A stretch of 64,000 nucleotides of DNA from an uncultured Alphaproteobacteria bacterium (GCA_964561475.1 CAZLPU010000007.1:15367-79366), one strand, 5' to 3'. Positions 1 through 9,766 are shown, counted from the stretch's first letter. Translations and numbers: made by a program. Notes: generated from the sequence alone by a model not told the origin.

Positions 1-1743
1 ATGAGCGATCTGGGCGACAACGACAATAATCAGCTTCTCTACATTCCGGTGGAAGGAACGCCGCTGACGGTCTCGTTCGCGGCCCAGCAGGTCACCGATC
101 CGAATGGTGATTTCAACGAGGCGACCCAGGTGGATGTCGCGCCCCTCGCGGAGGATACCGGCGCGGTCTACGACTCCATCATCTATTTTGGCGACAGCTT
201 CACGGACAGTGGGGAAATCTACAATCTGACCGGCGAATTGCTGGTCCAGCCGCTTCCCTCCGATGCTTTCGGCTATGACGGTCAGGTTTCCAACGGTCCG
301 GTCTATGCGGATTATGCCCCGGAGCTTATGGGTATCGAGGCCGATGGCAGCCTGAATTATGCCGTGGGGGGCGCCAGGGCCGTGGGCGAGCAGGACTTGG
401 GCGCGATCCTCGCCTCAAGCCCCCTGGCGAGACCCGACCCCAATCCGGAATTCACCAGCTATGACATCAATCTGGGCGCCCAGGTTGACCGGTTCCTGGA
501 GGATGCAGCGCAGTTGGGCGATCTCTCCGGTTCGGCGGCATCCATCACCATCGGTCTGAACGATTTCCGGCAACTGCCCAACCTGATCGACCCTGCCAAC
601 CCCAATCCGGCCGCCATTCAGGCCGCCGCTTCCCAACTCTCGGCTCAGGTTCTGGCCGCCACCATGCAGGCCGCCGCCGATCTTGCCACGGCAGGGGTGG
701 GTACGATCATCCTCGGCACGCTCCCTCTGGTATCCCGTGAGAATCCGACACCGGAACAGGATCTGCTCAACGGCGTGGTCGGTCAGTATAATGACGCTCT
801 CATGGCCAGTGTCGCGGGGCTTGAGCAGCAAGGTATCGAGGTCGTGGTGGTCGACTTGGAAGCGATGTTCCTGGAAATGACGGCCAATGGCTCCAACTAC
901 GGCTTCTTGAATACTTTGGATGCGCGTCTTGATGGGCCCCAACTGATCGATCCGGACGGGGATGGGCCGTTGCCCCCCGCGCCGGGATATGACGTGAACC
1001 CGGAGATTGCCGCCCTCGACGCGGATCAGCACGTGTTCTGGGACACAATCCATCCCACGACCGCTGCCCATGGTGTTCTGGGTGCCTTCCAGGCCTCGAC
1101 CCTGTCCGGGGATAGCATCGAGTTTCTGGGGGATGAGGAGAACGACAGTCACGGATCCTTTGATGACGACCTGATCTTCGCCCAGGGCGGGAATGATACC
1201 ATCCGTGGTCAGAATGGCGATGATGCCGTCTTCGGTGGTGCGGGCGAGGACCGTCTTGGCGGCGGAGCCGGCTCTGACATTCTGGCCGGTGGCGATGGCC
1301 AGGACCGGGTCCATGGCGGCCGGGGCGCGGATGTGGTCGCGGGCAATGGCGGAGACGACCGGCTTTTCGGCGGCCACGGGGATGATGCTCTCATCGACGG
1401 TCTGGGGTCGGACTATGCCAATGGTGGCCACGGGGATGACGTGTTCTTCTATACCGAGGCTGAATTGATCGGCGGCACCAATGGTACGGACCAGGACGTG
1501 TTTATCGGAGGCGGTGGAGACGACACCTTGTATCTCGTCGTGTCCGAAAGTTCCCGCGCAGCCGTGGAGGCGGAACTGGAACAGGGGCTTGGTCGTGTCA
1601 CCCATTTCGAGGCGTTGGGTCTGACCACCCAGGGCATCGAGAATGTTGTGCTGCTCGATGACCGGGCGGCGTTCGGCACGGTGATGGCGTCACCGGATCT
1701 CCAGCCGGTTCTGGATGAAGCCGAGGCCTGGAACCTGATCTGA
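1..1743 (+). CDS. Secreted SGNH/GDSL-family lipase/esterase with C-terminal RTX (GGxGxD) calcium-binding repeats. May be truncated at the 5' end by the window edge.
   Basis: The frame is open from nt 1. IYFGDSFTDSG is the GDS nucleophile block and FWDTIHPT is a DxxH-type block. A run of nonapeptide repeats follows (GGNDTIRGQNGDDAVFGGAGEDRLGGGAGSDILAGGDGQDRVHGGRGADVVAGNGGDD...). No classical signal peptide, consistent with a type I secretion substrate. Confidence 0.8.
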   Translation: MSDLGDNDNNQLLYIPVEGTPLTVSFAAQQVTDPNGDFNEATQVDVAPLAEDTGAVYDSIIYFGDSFTDSGEIYNLTGELLVQPLPSDAFGYDGQVSNGPVYADYAPELMGIEADGSLNYAVGGARAVGEQDLGAILASSPLARPDPNPEFTSYDINLGAQVDRFLEDAAQLGDLSGSAASITIGLNDFRQLPNLIDPANPNPAAIQAAASQLSAQVLAATMQAAADLATAGVGTIILGTLPLVSRENPTPEQDLLNGVVGQYNDALMASVAGLEQQGIEVVVVDLEAMFLEMTANGSNYGFLNTLDARLDGPQLIDPDGDGPLPPAPGYDVNPEIAALDADQHVFWDTIHPTTAAHGVLGAFQASTLSGDSIEFLGDEENDSHGSFDDDLIFAQGGNDTIRGQNGDDAVFGGAGEDRLGGGAGSDILAGGDGQDRVHGGRGADVVAGNGGDDRLFGGHGDDALIDGLGSDYANGGHGDDVFFYTEAELIGGTNGTDQDVFIGGGGDDTLYLVVSESSRAAVEAELEQGLGRVTHFEALGLTTQGIENVVLLDDRAAFGTVMASPDLQPVLDEAEAWNLI

Positions 1744-1765
1744 TCGGGGTTGGCACTGGATAGGG

Positions 1766-1792
1766 GCGTCCCGGGGCTGGTCCCCGGGGCGC
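1766..1792 (+). terminator. GC-rich hairpin 23 nt downstream of the lipase stop codon; possible terminator.
   Basis: Arms 1766-1776 and 1782-1792 pair (core cccgggg/ccccggg) around the loop ctggt. There is no clear T-tract, so it is not a canonical intrinsic terminator. Confidence 0.3.
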
Positions 1793-2534
1793 TCTCCCGT
1801 CTGCGCGTGCAATTTGGATATATTTTATCTTTATGCGAATTATATAAGACACTGACCGGCCTTTTTCCGGCAGGCAATTCCGATCCCGTCGCCGTTAGAT
1901 GTCCGGGCACCGGATCCCGCGCGTGACCCAAGCCTTTCAGGCGAAGGCGGGCAGGGGCCGCGATCCGCGGTCGGCGGGTACGGGTGATCAACCCTCATCA
2001 AACCGCAGCACATGCGGTCACCGGCCAGGGCACCCCACCTGGTGCCTCTCTCACGCCGAATGGGCCTTGCCTGATTCCCGACCTTCCAACCCTGCCGATT
2101 GTACCGGCTCCTTCAAAATAGGGGCGCAATGCAACTGGTGCCGGAATGCCTTCACCCTTTGGCTAGGTCTGCGCCATGCCTTTGTCGGAATCGGTCGAAA
2201 AATGCTGCGGTAACGGGTGTTAACGGGTAGAAAACGAATGAGTGAGGTGGTGGGCCAAGCCCGGTGCCGAGGCGGGGTGATCAAGAGACAGACCCATCTT
2301 TATGGGCGAACGGTCATGATATGGTGACCGGCATGGGGGAAATTCCAGTCATTAGTGATAGTTGGCCCGGGGCGTGAGTGCCCCCTGTTGCTGGATTTGG
2401 CGCCTGTCCCGGCGCCCGGGATTGGGTGAGGCCCAAGCCCCAATGCCGGGGTTCCAAGCCTGATGCCCGAAAGCCGGGGGCCGGCGCCATCATGTGCTGA
2501 GCGTGTCTGAGAGGCGCGGCAGAAGGAGTGTGCC

Positions 2535-5500
2535 ATGGCGGACCTGCCCGGAAGGGATGAGACCGGGGTGCAGGGTGTGATCCAGCCACCGTCCCCGGGC
2601 GGCGCGGACCCCCAGACCGGCGCGGCCCGGAAGGAGGGCGGTGTTGGGGCCTTTCCGGTGGAGGCCTTCGATGCGGTCCTGTTCGATCTCGACGGGGTGA
2701 TGACCCGGACGGCGGATATTCATGCCTGGGCCTGGAAACGGCTCTTCGATGAAATTCTCGCCTGGGACGCGCGGGGCCGGGGTGAACCGGCCCGGGACGG
2801 GGACACGAACGGGTCCTTCGAACCTTTCGACGAAGACGCGGACTACCGGCGTTTTGTCGACGGCAAACCCCGTATGGACGGGCTGACATCCTTTCTGGAT
2901 GCCCGGCAGATCGCCATTGACGCCGGAACCCAGAGCGATGAGGCCACGGCCTGGACCCTCCAAGGTCTGGCCCGGCGCAAGGATGACTACTTCCACCAGC
3001 TGCTGGACGAAAAAGGGGTGGACGTCTTTCCCGGATCCCTGGAATTCGTCGAAAGTGTGCGCCGGGACGGGCTCAAGCTGGGTCTCATTTCCTCAAGCAA
3101 GAACACACCCGCCATTCTGGCAGCCGCCGGGATCGACGACATATTCGATGTGGTCATCGACGGCAATGTGGCCGAGCGGGAAGGCCTCAAGGGCAAGCCC
3201 GACCCGGCAATCTTTCTCACAGCCGCCGACCGTCTGGGGGTGAAACCCGCCCGGACCGCCGTGATCGAGGACGCGGTGGCTGGTGTGCAAGCAGGCTGCC
3301 GGGGCGGATTTGCCATGGTGGTCGGGGTCAATCGAAGCGGCGCCACCTTGTCCCTGAGGCAAGCGGGCGCCCATCTGGTGGTGAGTGATCTGGCGGAACT
3401 GCTCCCGGCCGGCGGACCGCCCCTGGCCCTTGATTGCATGAACGCCATCGAAAACCGGCTGAAAGGCCGGCGGGCCGTGGTGTTCCTCGACTATGACGGC
3501 ACCGTCTCTCCGATTGTGGACCGGCCCGAGGATGCGGTCATTCCGGGCGCCACCAAGGAGGCCATCGAGGTGCTGGCCGAGGCGACGACCGTCGCGTTCA
3601 TCAGCGGGCGCATGAAGGAAGAGGTGAAGGGTTTCGTCGGCCTCGACAACGTGATCTACGCGGGCAGCCACGGCTTTACCATCGAGGGCCCCGGCGGGCT
3701 CGCCTTCACCCAGGAGGACGGCGCTGCGGTGATGCCGGTGATTGCCGCCTCCGCCAAGACCCTCCAGGAAGAGCTGGGAAGCATCAAGGGCATTCTGGTG
3801 GAGGACAAAACCTTCGCCGTCGCGGTCCATTTCCGTCTGGTTGCGGAGGATGATTTCCCCAGGATCGAGGCTGCGGTGGACCGGGTGGTGGAACAGCACA
3901 AGGATGTGCTGCGCAAAAGCGGCGGCAAGATGGTCTTTGAACTCCGCCCCCGGATCGACTGGCACAAGGGCAAGGCCGTCACCTATCTTCTCGACGAGGT
4001 GGGTCTGGGCGGGGATACCCCGGGCGGCTCCAGCGGCGTGATGCCTTTCTATCTCGGAGACGACGTGACCGATGAGGACGCGTTTGCCTCCCTGAAAGGT
4101 CGGGGCATCGGCATTCTGGTGAGCGACCGTCCGGCCCCCACATCCGCCATGTTCCGCCTGCGCAGCACCGATGAGGTCCGGCAGTTTCTGGAAGAACTCA
4201 CCTCACGGCTGGATCCCAGAGACAGCGGCAGCGCCTCCGGCGCCGACGGCTCCGCCATGACGGACGCCGGCATTCCGGATAAGGCCAGCGACGTGAGCGC
4301 TCCCGAGGCGGACAATGCCCAAGCCGGGACCAGCGGGACCAGCGGGACCGGCGGGACGGCGCATGCATCAGCGCCGGTGGCTGACGGCACGGAAGATCCA
4401 GCCTGGGTGTTCGGCTATGATGATTATGATCCGGAGAACCAGGGGCTGCGGGAAACCCTGCTGACCGTCGGAAACGGGCGGTTTGCCACACGGGGCGCCT
4501 TCTCCGAGGCCCAGGCCAGCGATGTTCACTATCCGGGTACGTATCTTGCGGGCGGCTTCAACCGTCTGGTCACTGAGGTGTCCGGCCAGGACATCGAGAA
4601 CGAGGATCTGGTCAACACCCCCAACTGGGCCGTGTTCACCATCCGCCCGGAAGGAGGCGAGTGGTTGGACCTGGACCGGGCCGAAATCCTGTCCTTCAGC
4701 CACAAGATCGATCTGCGCGCCGGTGTGATGATCCGGACTGTGCGGGTGAGGGACAAGGACGACCGTATCACCCGGGTGACGGAGCGGCGTCTGGTGCACA
4801 TGGCCAAACCCCATCTGGCCGCCCAATCCCTCACGGTCACGGCGGAAAACTGGTCCGGCGGGCTGGATATGCGCGCCGCCGTGGACGGCACGGTGATCAA
4901 CCGGGGTGTGCCCCGCTACCGGGACCTGAACTCCAATCATGTGGAACCCATGGATGAGGGGATCGAGGGGGAGGACATTCTGATCCTGCGCACCCGGCTC
5001 ACCCAGTCCCGGGTGGAAATGGTCCATGGTGCCCGGATCCGCCTTTATGACGGGGACAGAGAGATCAAGGTCGCCCGGACCTCCATGATCGATCCCGGCT
5101 ATGTGGGCCAGGACTTTCAGGTGCGTCTGGAAGAAGGTCGGCCCGTGAGCGCGGAAAAGATCGTTGCGCTCTACACCTCCAAGGACTGGGCGATTTCGGA
5201 ACCGGGACTGTCCGCTTTCGAGGCAGTGCTCCATGCGGACCGGTTCGCAAGCCTGGAGCAGGAACACCGGAATGCTTGGAGCCGTCTGTGGACGGACTTC
5301 AACACGGAATTGAAGCTCTCGCCGAATGGCGCGCAGGATTTTGTCGGGTCCGGCGGGGATGGTCTTGATGCGAACGGTATTATCCGCCTGCACCTGTTCC
5401 ATTTGCTTCAGACCTGCTCACCGAACATGACGGACCTGGATGGGGGCGCTCCCGCCCGGGGTCTCCATGGGGAAGCCTACCGGGGTCACATTTTCTGGGA

Positions 5501-6881
5501 CGAGATCTATATTTTGCCGATCCTCACCCACCGCGCACCGGACATCGCCCGGGCGGCGCTGATGTACCGGCACCGGCGTCTGGATGCGGCCCGGTCCGCG
5601 GCCCGGGAGGCGGGCTACCGGGGCGCGATGTTTCCCTGGCAGTCCGGCAGCGACGGGAGCGAGGAAAGCCAGCAGATCCATCTCAATCCCCAATCCGGCC
5701 ACTGGGTGGCCGACAACAGCCGGATCCAGCGCCATGTGAACGCGGCGATCGCCTATAATGTTTGGACCTATTTCCATGTAACCGGCGACCGGGAGTTCAT
5801 GGGCGGTCCCGGTGCGGATCTTCTCTTGGAAATCGCCCGGTTCTGGGCGTCCCTTGCGACCTGGAATGCGAGCCGTGGGCGCTACGAGATTCTGGGCGTC
5901 ATGGGTCCGGATGAATTCCATGACGGCTACCCGGACCAGGACGCCCCCGGCGTGGACAACAATGCCTACACGAACATTCTTGCGGCCTGGATCCTCTCCA
6001 AGGCAACGGATTTCCTGGAGGTTCTGGACGGGCCGGACCGGGACAGCCTTATGAGCCGGCTTGCCCTCACCCAGGAGGAAATCGGCCGCTGGGATGAGAT
6101 CAGCCGCAAAATGTTTGTGCCCTTCCATACGGACCCGGAGGTGGGGGAGGTGCTCTCCCAGTTCGAGGGCTACGGCGACCTCAAGGACTTCGACTGGGAA
6201 GGGTATGCGGAGAAATACGGCGACATCCACCGGCTGGACCGGCTGCTCGAGGCCGAGGGGGACACGCCGAACCGCTACAAGGTCTCCAAGCAGGCCGATA
6301 CCTTGATGCTCTATTATCTGTTCAAAGAAGAAGAGCTGAAACCCCTGTTCGAGCGTCTGTCTATTGAGTGGGACGAAGACCTGGCGGAGCGCACGGTGGC
6401 CTATTACCTGCCCCGGACCTCCCATGGCTCTACGCTGAGCCGTCTCGTGCATGCCTGGGTGCTGGCGCGTCTGGGAGACGGGGACGGCGCCCGATCCAGG
6501 GGCTGGGACCTGTTCAAGGAAACATTGCTCAGTGATGTGACGGATATTCAGGGCGGAACCACCCGGGAGGGTATTCATCTGGGCGCCATGGCGGGATCCG
6601 TGGATCTTCTGCACCGGTGTTACGGCGGGTTGAGCGCCTTGGATGGTGCCCTGAGCATTGACCCTGTTCTGCCTCCGGACATTGAGCGTCTGTCTTTCAC
6701 CGTGCGCTATCGGGGCAGCCATGTGGCGATCACCGTGGATCAGGATGAAGTGAAACTCAGGGTGAACCGGGCCATGCCCGAGGCGCCCTTGCGGGTCTAT
6801 GTGCGCGGCCAGGAACACGAACCGGCCTGGAACATGGACCTTTCCGTCAGTGCCAAGACCGGCCAAAGCCTGGTGCGTTGA
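2535..6881 (+). CDS. Three-domain fusion: HAD beta-phosphoglucomutase-like, trehalose-6-phosphate phosphatase-like (OtsB), and glycoside hydrolase family 65 (disaccharide phosphorylase-like).
   Basis: ATG at 2535 sits 6 nt after AAGGAG. VLFDLDGVMT plus KGKPDP are HAD motifs I and III of the beta-PGM type (about 2670-3400). VVFLDYDGTVSPIV plus YLGDDVTDEDAF are trehalose-phosphatase HAD motifs (about 3470-4210). A long GH65-like region follows (about 4390-6881) with HLFHLLQ, GLHGEAYRGHIFWD, FPWQSGSDGSEES and VSKQADTLMLYYL. Confidence 0.85.
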   Translation: MADLPGRDETGVQGVIQPPSPGGADPQTGAARKEGGVGAFPVEAFDAVLFDLDGVMTRTADIHAWAWKRLFDEILAWDARGRGEPARDGDTNGSFEPFDEDADYRRFVDGKPRMDGLTSFLDARQIAIDAGTQSDEATAWTLQGLARRKDDYFHQLLDEKGVDVFPGSLEFVESVRRDGLKLGLISSSKNTPAILAAAGIDDIFDVVIDGNVAEREGLKGKPDPAIFLTAADRLGVKPARTAVIEDAVAGVQAGCRGGFAMVVGVNRSGATLSLRQAGAHLVVSDLAELLPAGGPPLALDCMNAIENRLKGRRAVVFLDYDGTVSPIVDRPEDAVIPGATKEAIEVLAEATTVAFISGRMKEEVKGFVGLDNVIYAGSHGFTIEGPGGLAFTQEDGAAVMPVIAASAKTLQEELGSIKGILVEDKTFAVAVHFRLVAEDDFPRIEAAVDRVVEQHKDVLRKSGGKMVFELRPRIDWHKGKAVTYLLDEVGLGGDTPGGSSGVMPFYLGDDVTDEDAFASLKGRGIGILVSDRPAPTSAMFRLRSTDEVRQFLEELTSRLDPRDSGSASGADGSAMTDAGIPDKASDVSAPEADNAQAGTSGTSGTGGTAHASAPVADGTEDPAWVFGYDDYDPENQGLRETLLTVGNGRFATRGAFSEAQASDVHYPGTYLAGGFNRLVTEVSGQDIENEDLVNTPNWAVFTIRPEGGEWLDLDRAEILSFSHKIDLRAGVMIRTVRVRDKDDRITRVTERRLVHMAKPHLAAQSLTVTAENWSGGLDMRAAVDGTVINRGVPRYRDLNSNHVEPMDEGIEGEDILILRTRLTQSRVEMVHGARIRLYDGDREIKVARTSMIDPGYVGQDFQVRLEEGRPVSAEKIVALYTSKDWAISEPGLSAFEAVLHADRFASLEQEHRNAWSRLWTDFNTELKLSPNGAQDFVGSGGDGLDANGIIRLHLFHLLQTCSPNMTDLDGGAPARGLHGEAYRGHIFWDEIYILPILTHRAPDIARAALMYRHRRLDAARSAAREAGYRGAMFPWQSGSDGSEESQQIHLNPQSGHWVADNSRIQRHVNAAIAYNVWTYFHVTGDREFMGGPGADLLLEIARFWASLATWNASRGRYEILGVMGPDEFHDGYPDQDAPGVDNNAYTNILAAWILSKATDFLEVLDGPDRDSLMSRLALTQEEIGRWDEISRKMFVPFHTDPEVGEVLSQFEGYGDLKDFDWEGYAEKYGDIHRLDRLLEAEGDTPNRYKVSKQADTLMLYYLFKEEELKPLFERLSIEWDEDLAERTVAYYLPRTSHGSTLSRLVHAWVLARLGDGDGARSRGWDLFKETLLSDVTDIQGGTTREGIHLGAMAGSVDLLHRCYGGLSALDGALSIDPVLPPDIERLSFTVRYRGSHVAITVDQDEVKLRVNRAMPEAPLRVYVRGQEHEPAWNMDLSVSAKTGQSLVR

Positions 6882-6891
6882 GGGAAATAGG

Positions 6892-7824
6892 ATGGCACCG
6901 ATTCTGACCGTCACCATGAACCCGGCCCTGGACGTGACCGCCCAGGTCTCCCACATGGCCCCCCGGGAAAAGCTGCGCTGCAAGGATCCCACCTATGAAC
7001 CCGGCGGCGGGGGCATCAACGTCTCCCGCGTGGTCCGGGAGATGGGTGGGGAGACCCTGTGTTTTGCCGTCTTGGGCGGGCATACGGGCCAGAAGCTGCG
7101 CACCCTGCTCGAGGCCGCTGATCTGCGTCCGGAGGTTTTCGAGATCGGGGAGCTGAGCCGGGAAAGCATCATGATCTATGATCAGGCCGGTGAAACCCAG
7201 TACCGGTTCATCATGCCGGGACCCCAGCTCAGCGAGCAGGAATGCGCCGGTGCCCTGGAACGGATCGAAGCTCTTGTGCCCAAGGTGCGCTATGTTGTGG
7301 CCAGCGGCAGTCTGCCGCCTGGGGTTCCGGCATCCTTCTATGCCGATCTGACCAAACGGGTGCGTGCCGCGGGCGGGGAAATCGTTCTGGATACGTCCGG
7401 TCCCGCCCTCAAGGCTGCTGCCCAGGCGCCGGTCTCGGTGCTCAAGCTCGATGAGGAGGAGATGAAGGAGGTTGCGCCGGATTCCCTTGCCTCGGAAGAG
7501 AATGAAGAAAAGCTGGCTCTGGAGCTTCTCGGGAGTACCGGAGCGGACGTTATTGTGGTGACCCTGGGCGCCCGGGGTGCCCTGGTGGCCACGCCCGAAG
7601 GGGTCGAGCGGCTTCCTTCCGCGAAAGTCCGCCCGGTGAGCACCGTTGGGGCCGGGGACAGTTTCGTGGCGGCCATGACCAAGGCCCTGTGTGACGGTCA
7701 TGACGTGCACACCGCCACCCGTTACGGCTCCGCAGCCGGTGCAGCCGCCGTCATCACTCCCGGTTCTGAACTCGCACGCCGGGCGGATATCGAACGTCTG
7801 TTTGCAGAACTGAAGGGGGCGTAG
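6892..7824 (+). CDS. PfkB-family carbohydrate kinase (1-phosphofructokinase / hexose-phosphate kinase subgroup).
   Basis: The N-terminus MAPILTVTMNPALDV is typical of the FruK/LacC/PfkB subgroup. The C-terminal VSTVGAGDSFVAAM is the PfkB signature-2 (GAGD) motif. The ATG lies 10 nt after the upstream stop codon, so the two genes are probably co-transcribed. Confidence 0.8.
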   Translation: MAPILTVTMNPALDVTAQVSHMAPREKLRCKDPTYEPGGGGINVSRVVREMGGETLCFAVLGGHTGQKLRTLLEAADLRPEVFEIGELSRESIMIYDQAGETQYRFIMPGPQLSEQECAGALERIEALVPKVRYVVASGSLPPGVPASFYADLTKRVRAAGGEIVLDTSGPALKAAAQAPVSVLKLDEEEMKEVAPDSLASEENEEKLALELLGSTGADVIVVTLGARGALVATPEGVERLPSAKVRPVSTVGAGDSFVAAMTKALCDGHDVHTATRYGSAAGAAAVITPGSELARRADIERLFAELKGA

Positions 7825-7861
7825 TTGCGGGCCGGTTCACCGGTCCGCCCGCTGCAGGGTC

Positions 7862-8056
7862 CTACTCCGTGCTCAGTTTGAATTCGATCCGCACCCGGAC
7901 ACCTTCCCGGGCATAGGGGCGGCCATCGCGCATCTGGGGCCGATAGCGCCAGCGGGCCACCGCCCGTGTGACTTCCCGGGCAAAGCGCTGATTGGTGGCC
8001 TCGATGACCAGGATGCTGCGCACCGTGCCGTCAGCTTCGATGGTGAATTCCACCAC
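7862..8056 (-). pseudogene. TonB C-terminal-domain-only ORF; probable gene remnant.
   Basis: EGFAVVEFTIEADGTVRSILVIEATNQRFAREVTRAVARWRYRP matches the TonB_C pattern (V.F.I..dG.V....v......F...a..A....ry.P). The start is a GTG. The open frame extends only a little upstream and runs into the 3' end of the P450 gene. There is no TM anchor and no Pro-rich spacer. Confidence 0.5.
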
Positions 8057-8117
8057 GGCGAAGCCTTCGCGGCCCTCTGACGCATCCCGGCGGGCTCGGG
8101 GCGCGCGCCATGGGGCG

Positions 8118-9473
8118 TCAGCGCCGGTGCACCCGCACGGGCATGGTGGTGTAGCCCTTCACGAAGCTGGAATAGACCCGGCCCGGCTCTTCCATCACTT
8201 CCACCCAGGTGAACCTCTTCATGATCTCTTCCCAGATGATCCGGAGCTGGAGTTCCGCAAGCCGGTTGCCCACGCAGCGGTGGATACCGAAGCCGAAGGA
8301 CAGGTGCTGGCGGGGCCGGTCCCGGTCGATGATCAGGTCATAGGGATTGCTGATCATCTCCTCGTCCCGGTTGCCGGACACGTACCACATCACCACCTTG
8401 TCGCCCTTGTGGATGACCTTGCCGCCAAGCTCCGTATCCAGAAGGGCGGTGCGGCGCATATGAGCCAGGGGCGTCTGCCAGCGGATGATTTCCGGCACCA
8501 TGTTGGGGATGAGGTCCGGGTTCGCCCGCAGCTTGGTATATTCGCCGGGGAACTTGTTCAGGGCGTAGACGCCGCCGGTAATGGAGTTGCGGGTGGTGTC
8601 GTTGCCGCCGACAATCAGCAGAATGATGTTTCCCAGATATTCCTGGGCGTCCATGTCCCGGGTGGCGGCGCCGTGGGCCAGCATGGAGATCAGATCCGGC
8701 GTGGGCTCCGCGTTGACCCGCTGGTTCCACAGCTCGGTGAAGTACACCGCGCATTCCATCAGTTCTTCCTGACGGGCCTCGGCGCTTTCCACAATGCCGG
8801 AGTTTTCATCAGCCGTCGCCACATCGGACCAGCGGGTGAGCTTGCGCCGGTCCTCCCAGGGAAAATCGAACAGGGTGGCGAGCATCTGGGTGGTCAGTTC
8901 GATGGAAACCCGGTCCACCCAGTCGAAGGTCTCTCCGGAGGGCAGCCCGTCGAGGATCTGGCCTGCCCGTTCCCGGATCAGGCCCTCCATGCGCCCGAGA
9001 TTGGCGTTGGAGACGATGGGCTGGACCACCTTGCGCTGGGCATCATGCTTGGGTGGGTCCATGGCGATGAACATGGGCAGGGGAAAGTCTTCCTCATCGT
9101 CCTGGATGGCGATGCCGCCGAGTTTCTGGTCGGACGAGAAGATGTGGTGGTTGGTCTCCACCTGGAGAATGTCCCGGTATTTGGTCACGGACCAGTAGGG
9201 GCCGAACATGCTGTCGGGGCAATGGTGGACCGGGTCTTCCTTACGCAGACGTTCGAAATAGCCCCATTGGTTGTCCGCCCAGAACAGGGCCGGATGGCTG
9301 ACATCGATCTTGCTGAGGGGGATGGAGTAGGGGTCGGCATAGGGGTCGATGCCGTGATCCATGGTGACTTTTGCATCCGCCCGGCGTGGCCCGTTGTTGT
9401 GGTTTGCCGAGCCGTGATTGGCAGAACTGGGACCTGCTGGATTGGAAGGGCGATTGTTGGAAAAGTCGGTCAT
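8118..9473 (-). CDS. Cytochrome P450, CYP153 family (alkane / terminal methyl hydroxylase type).
   Basis: Close recalled similarity to CYP153A sequences throughout: FGPYWSVTKYRDI, LPMFIAMDPPKHD, VSIELTTQMLATLFDFPW, the I-helix LLIVGGNDTTRNS and the heme loop FGFGIHRCVGNRLAE. A GGGAG RBS lies upstream of the ATG at 9473. An alternative start is Met38. Confidence 0.9.
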   Translation of the reverse strand: MTDFSNNRPSNPAGPSSANHGSANHNNGPRRADAKVTMDHGIDPYADPYSIPLSKIDVSHPALFWADNQWGYFERLRKEDPVHHCPDSMFGPYWSVTKYRDILQVETNHHIFSSDQKLGGIAIQDDEEDFPLPMFIAMDPPKHDAQRKVVQPIVSNANLGRMEGLIRERAGQILDGLPSGETFDWVDRVSIELTTQMLATLFDFPWEDRRKLTRWSDVATADENSGIVESAEARQEELMECAVYFTELWNQRVNAEPTPDLISMLAHGAATRDMDAQEYLGNIILLIVGGNDTTRNSITGGVYALNKFPGEYTKLRANPDLIPNMVPEIIRWQTPLAHMRRTALLDTELGGKVIHKGDKVVMWYVSGNRDEEMISNPYDLIIDRDRPRQHLSFGFGIHRCVGNRLAELQLRIIWEEIMKRFTWVEVMEEPGRVYSSFVKGYTTMPVRVHRR

Positions 9474-9723
9474 CGTCTGGCGCTCCCATCACCATTCAAA
9501 GGGCGTGTGTCCTGCGGGTGGACTGAACCCCCGGGGACTTTGGCCACAATGATGGACCGATTGAAGCCCCGGCGTCGAGGGGGGATGCCTCATGAATGCA
9601 CGAGCGCGCCGTGTGGGAAAGTCGCGCGCCGGATCGGTGTTTTCACGGATCTGCTTCATGGACTGCCGTGGTCCGACGGCGGGACACGCCACGGGGTCGA
9701 TACAGAGCAAAGCCCCGAGAGCT

Positions 9724-9766
9724 GTGTCAGATTAGAGCCGTGTCAGATTAGGGCTGTGTCAGATTT
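9724..9766. repeat. Three tandem copies of a 16-nt unit, core GTGTCAGATT(A/T).
   Basis: Copies at 9724-9734, 9740-9750 and 9756-9766 with an exact 16-nt period. The third copy overlaps the stop codon of the 9759-10385 ORF. The array lies about 250-290 nt upstream of the P450 start codon. Confidence 0.75.

Noticed and set aside
415-1605. 396-aa minus-strand ORF. The same applies to other long antisense ORFs (5418-6992, 15644-16819, 16422-17750, 46620-47720, 47853-49115, 59264-60718, 61156-62283, 50565-52109, 52467-53438, 54803-55738).
   Set aside because: Each lies opposite a gene with strong family motifs and has biased Arg/Gly/Pro composition. These are high-GC shadow ORFs.
1800-1860. AT-rich patch (caatttggatatattttatctttatgcgaattatataagac) downstream of the lipase gene.
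   Set aside because: It could be a promoter or UP-like element or an integration scar. It has no clear -35/-10 pair with proper spacing, no adjacent start codon and no repeats. It is too weak to call.
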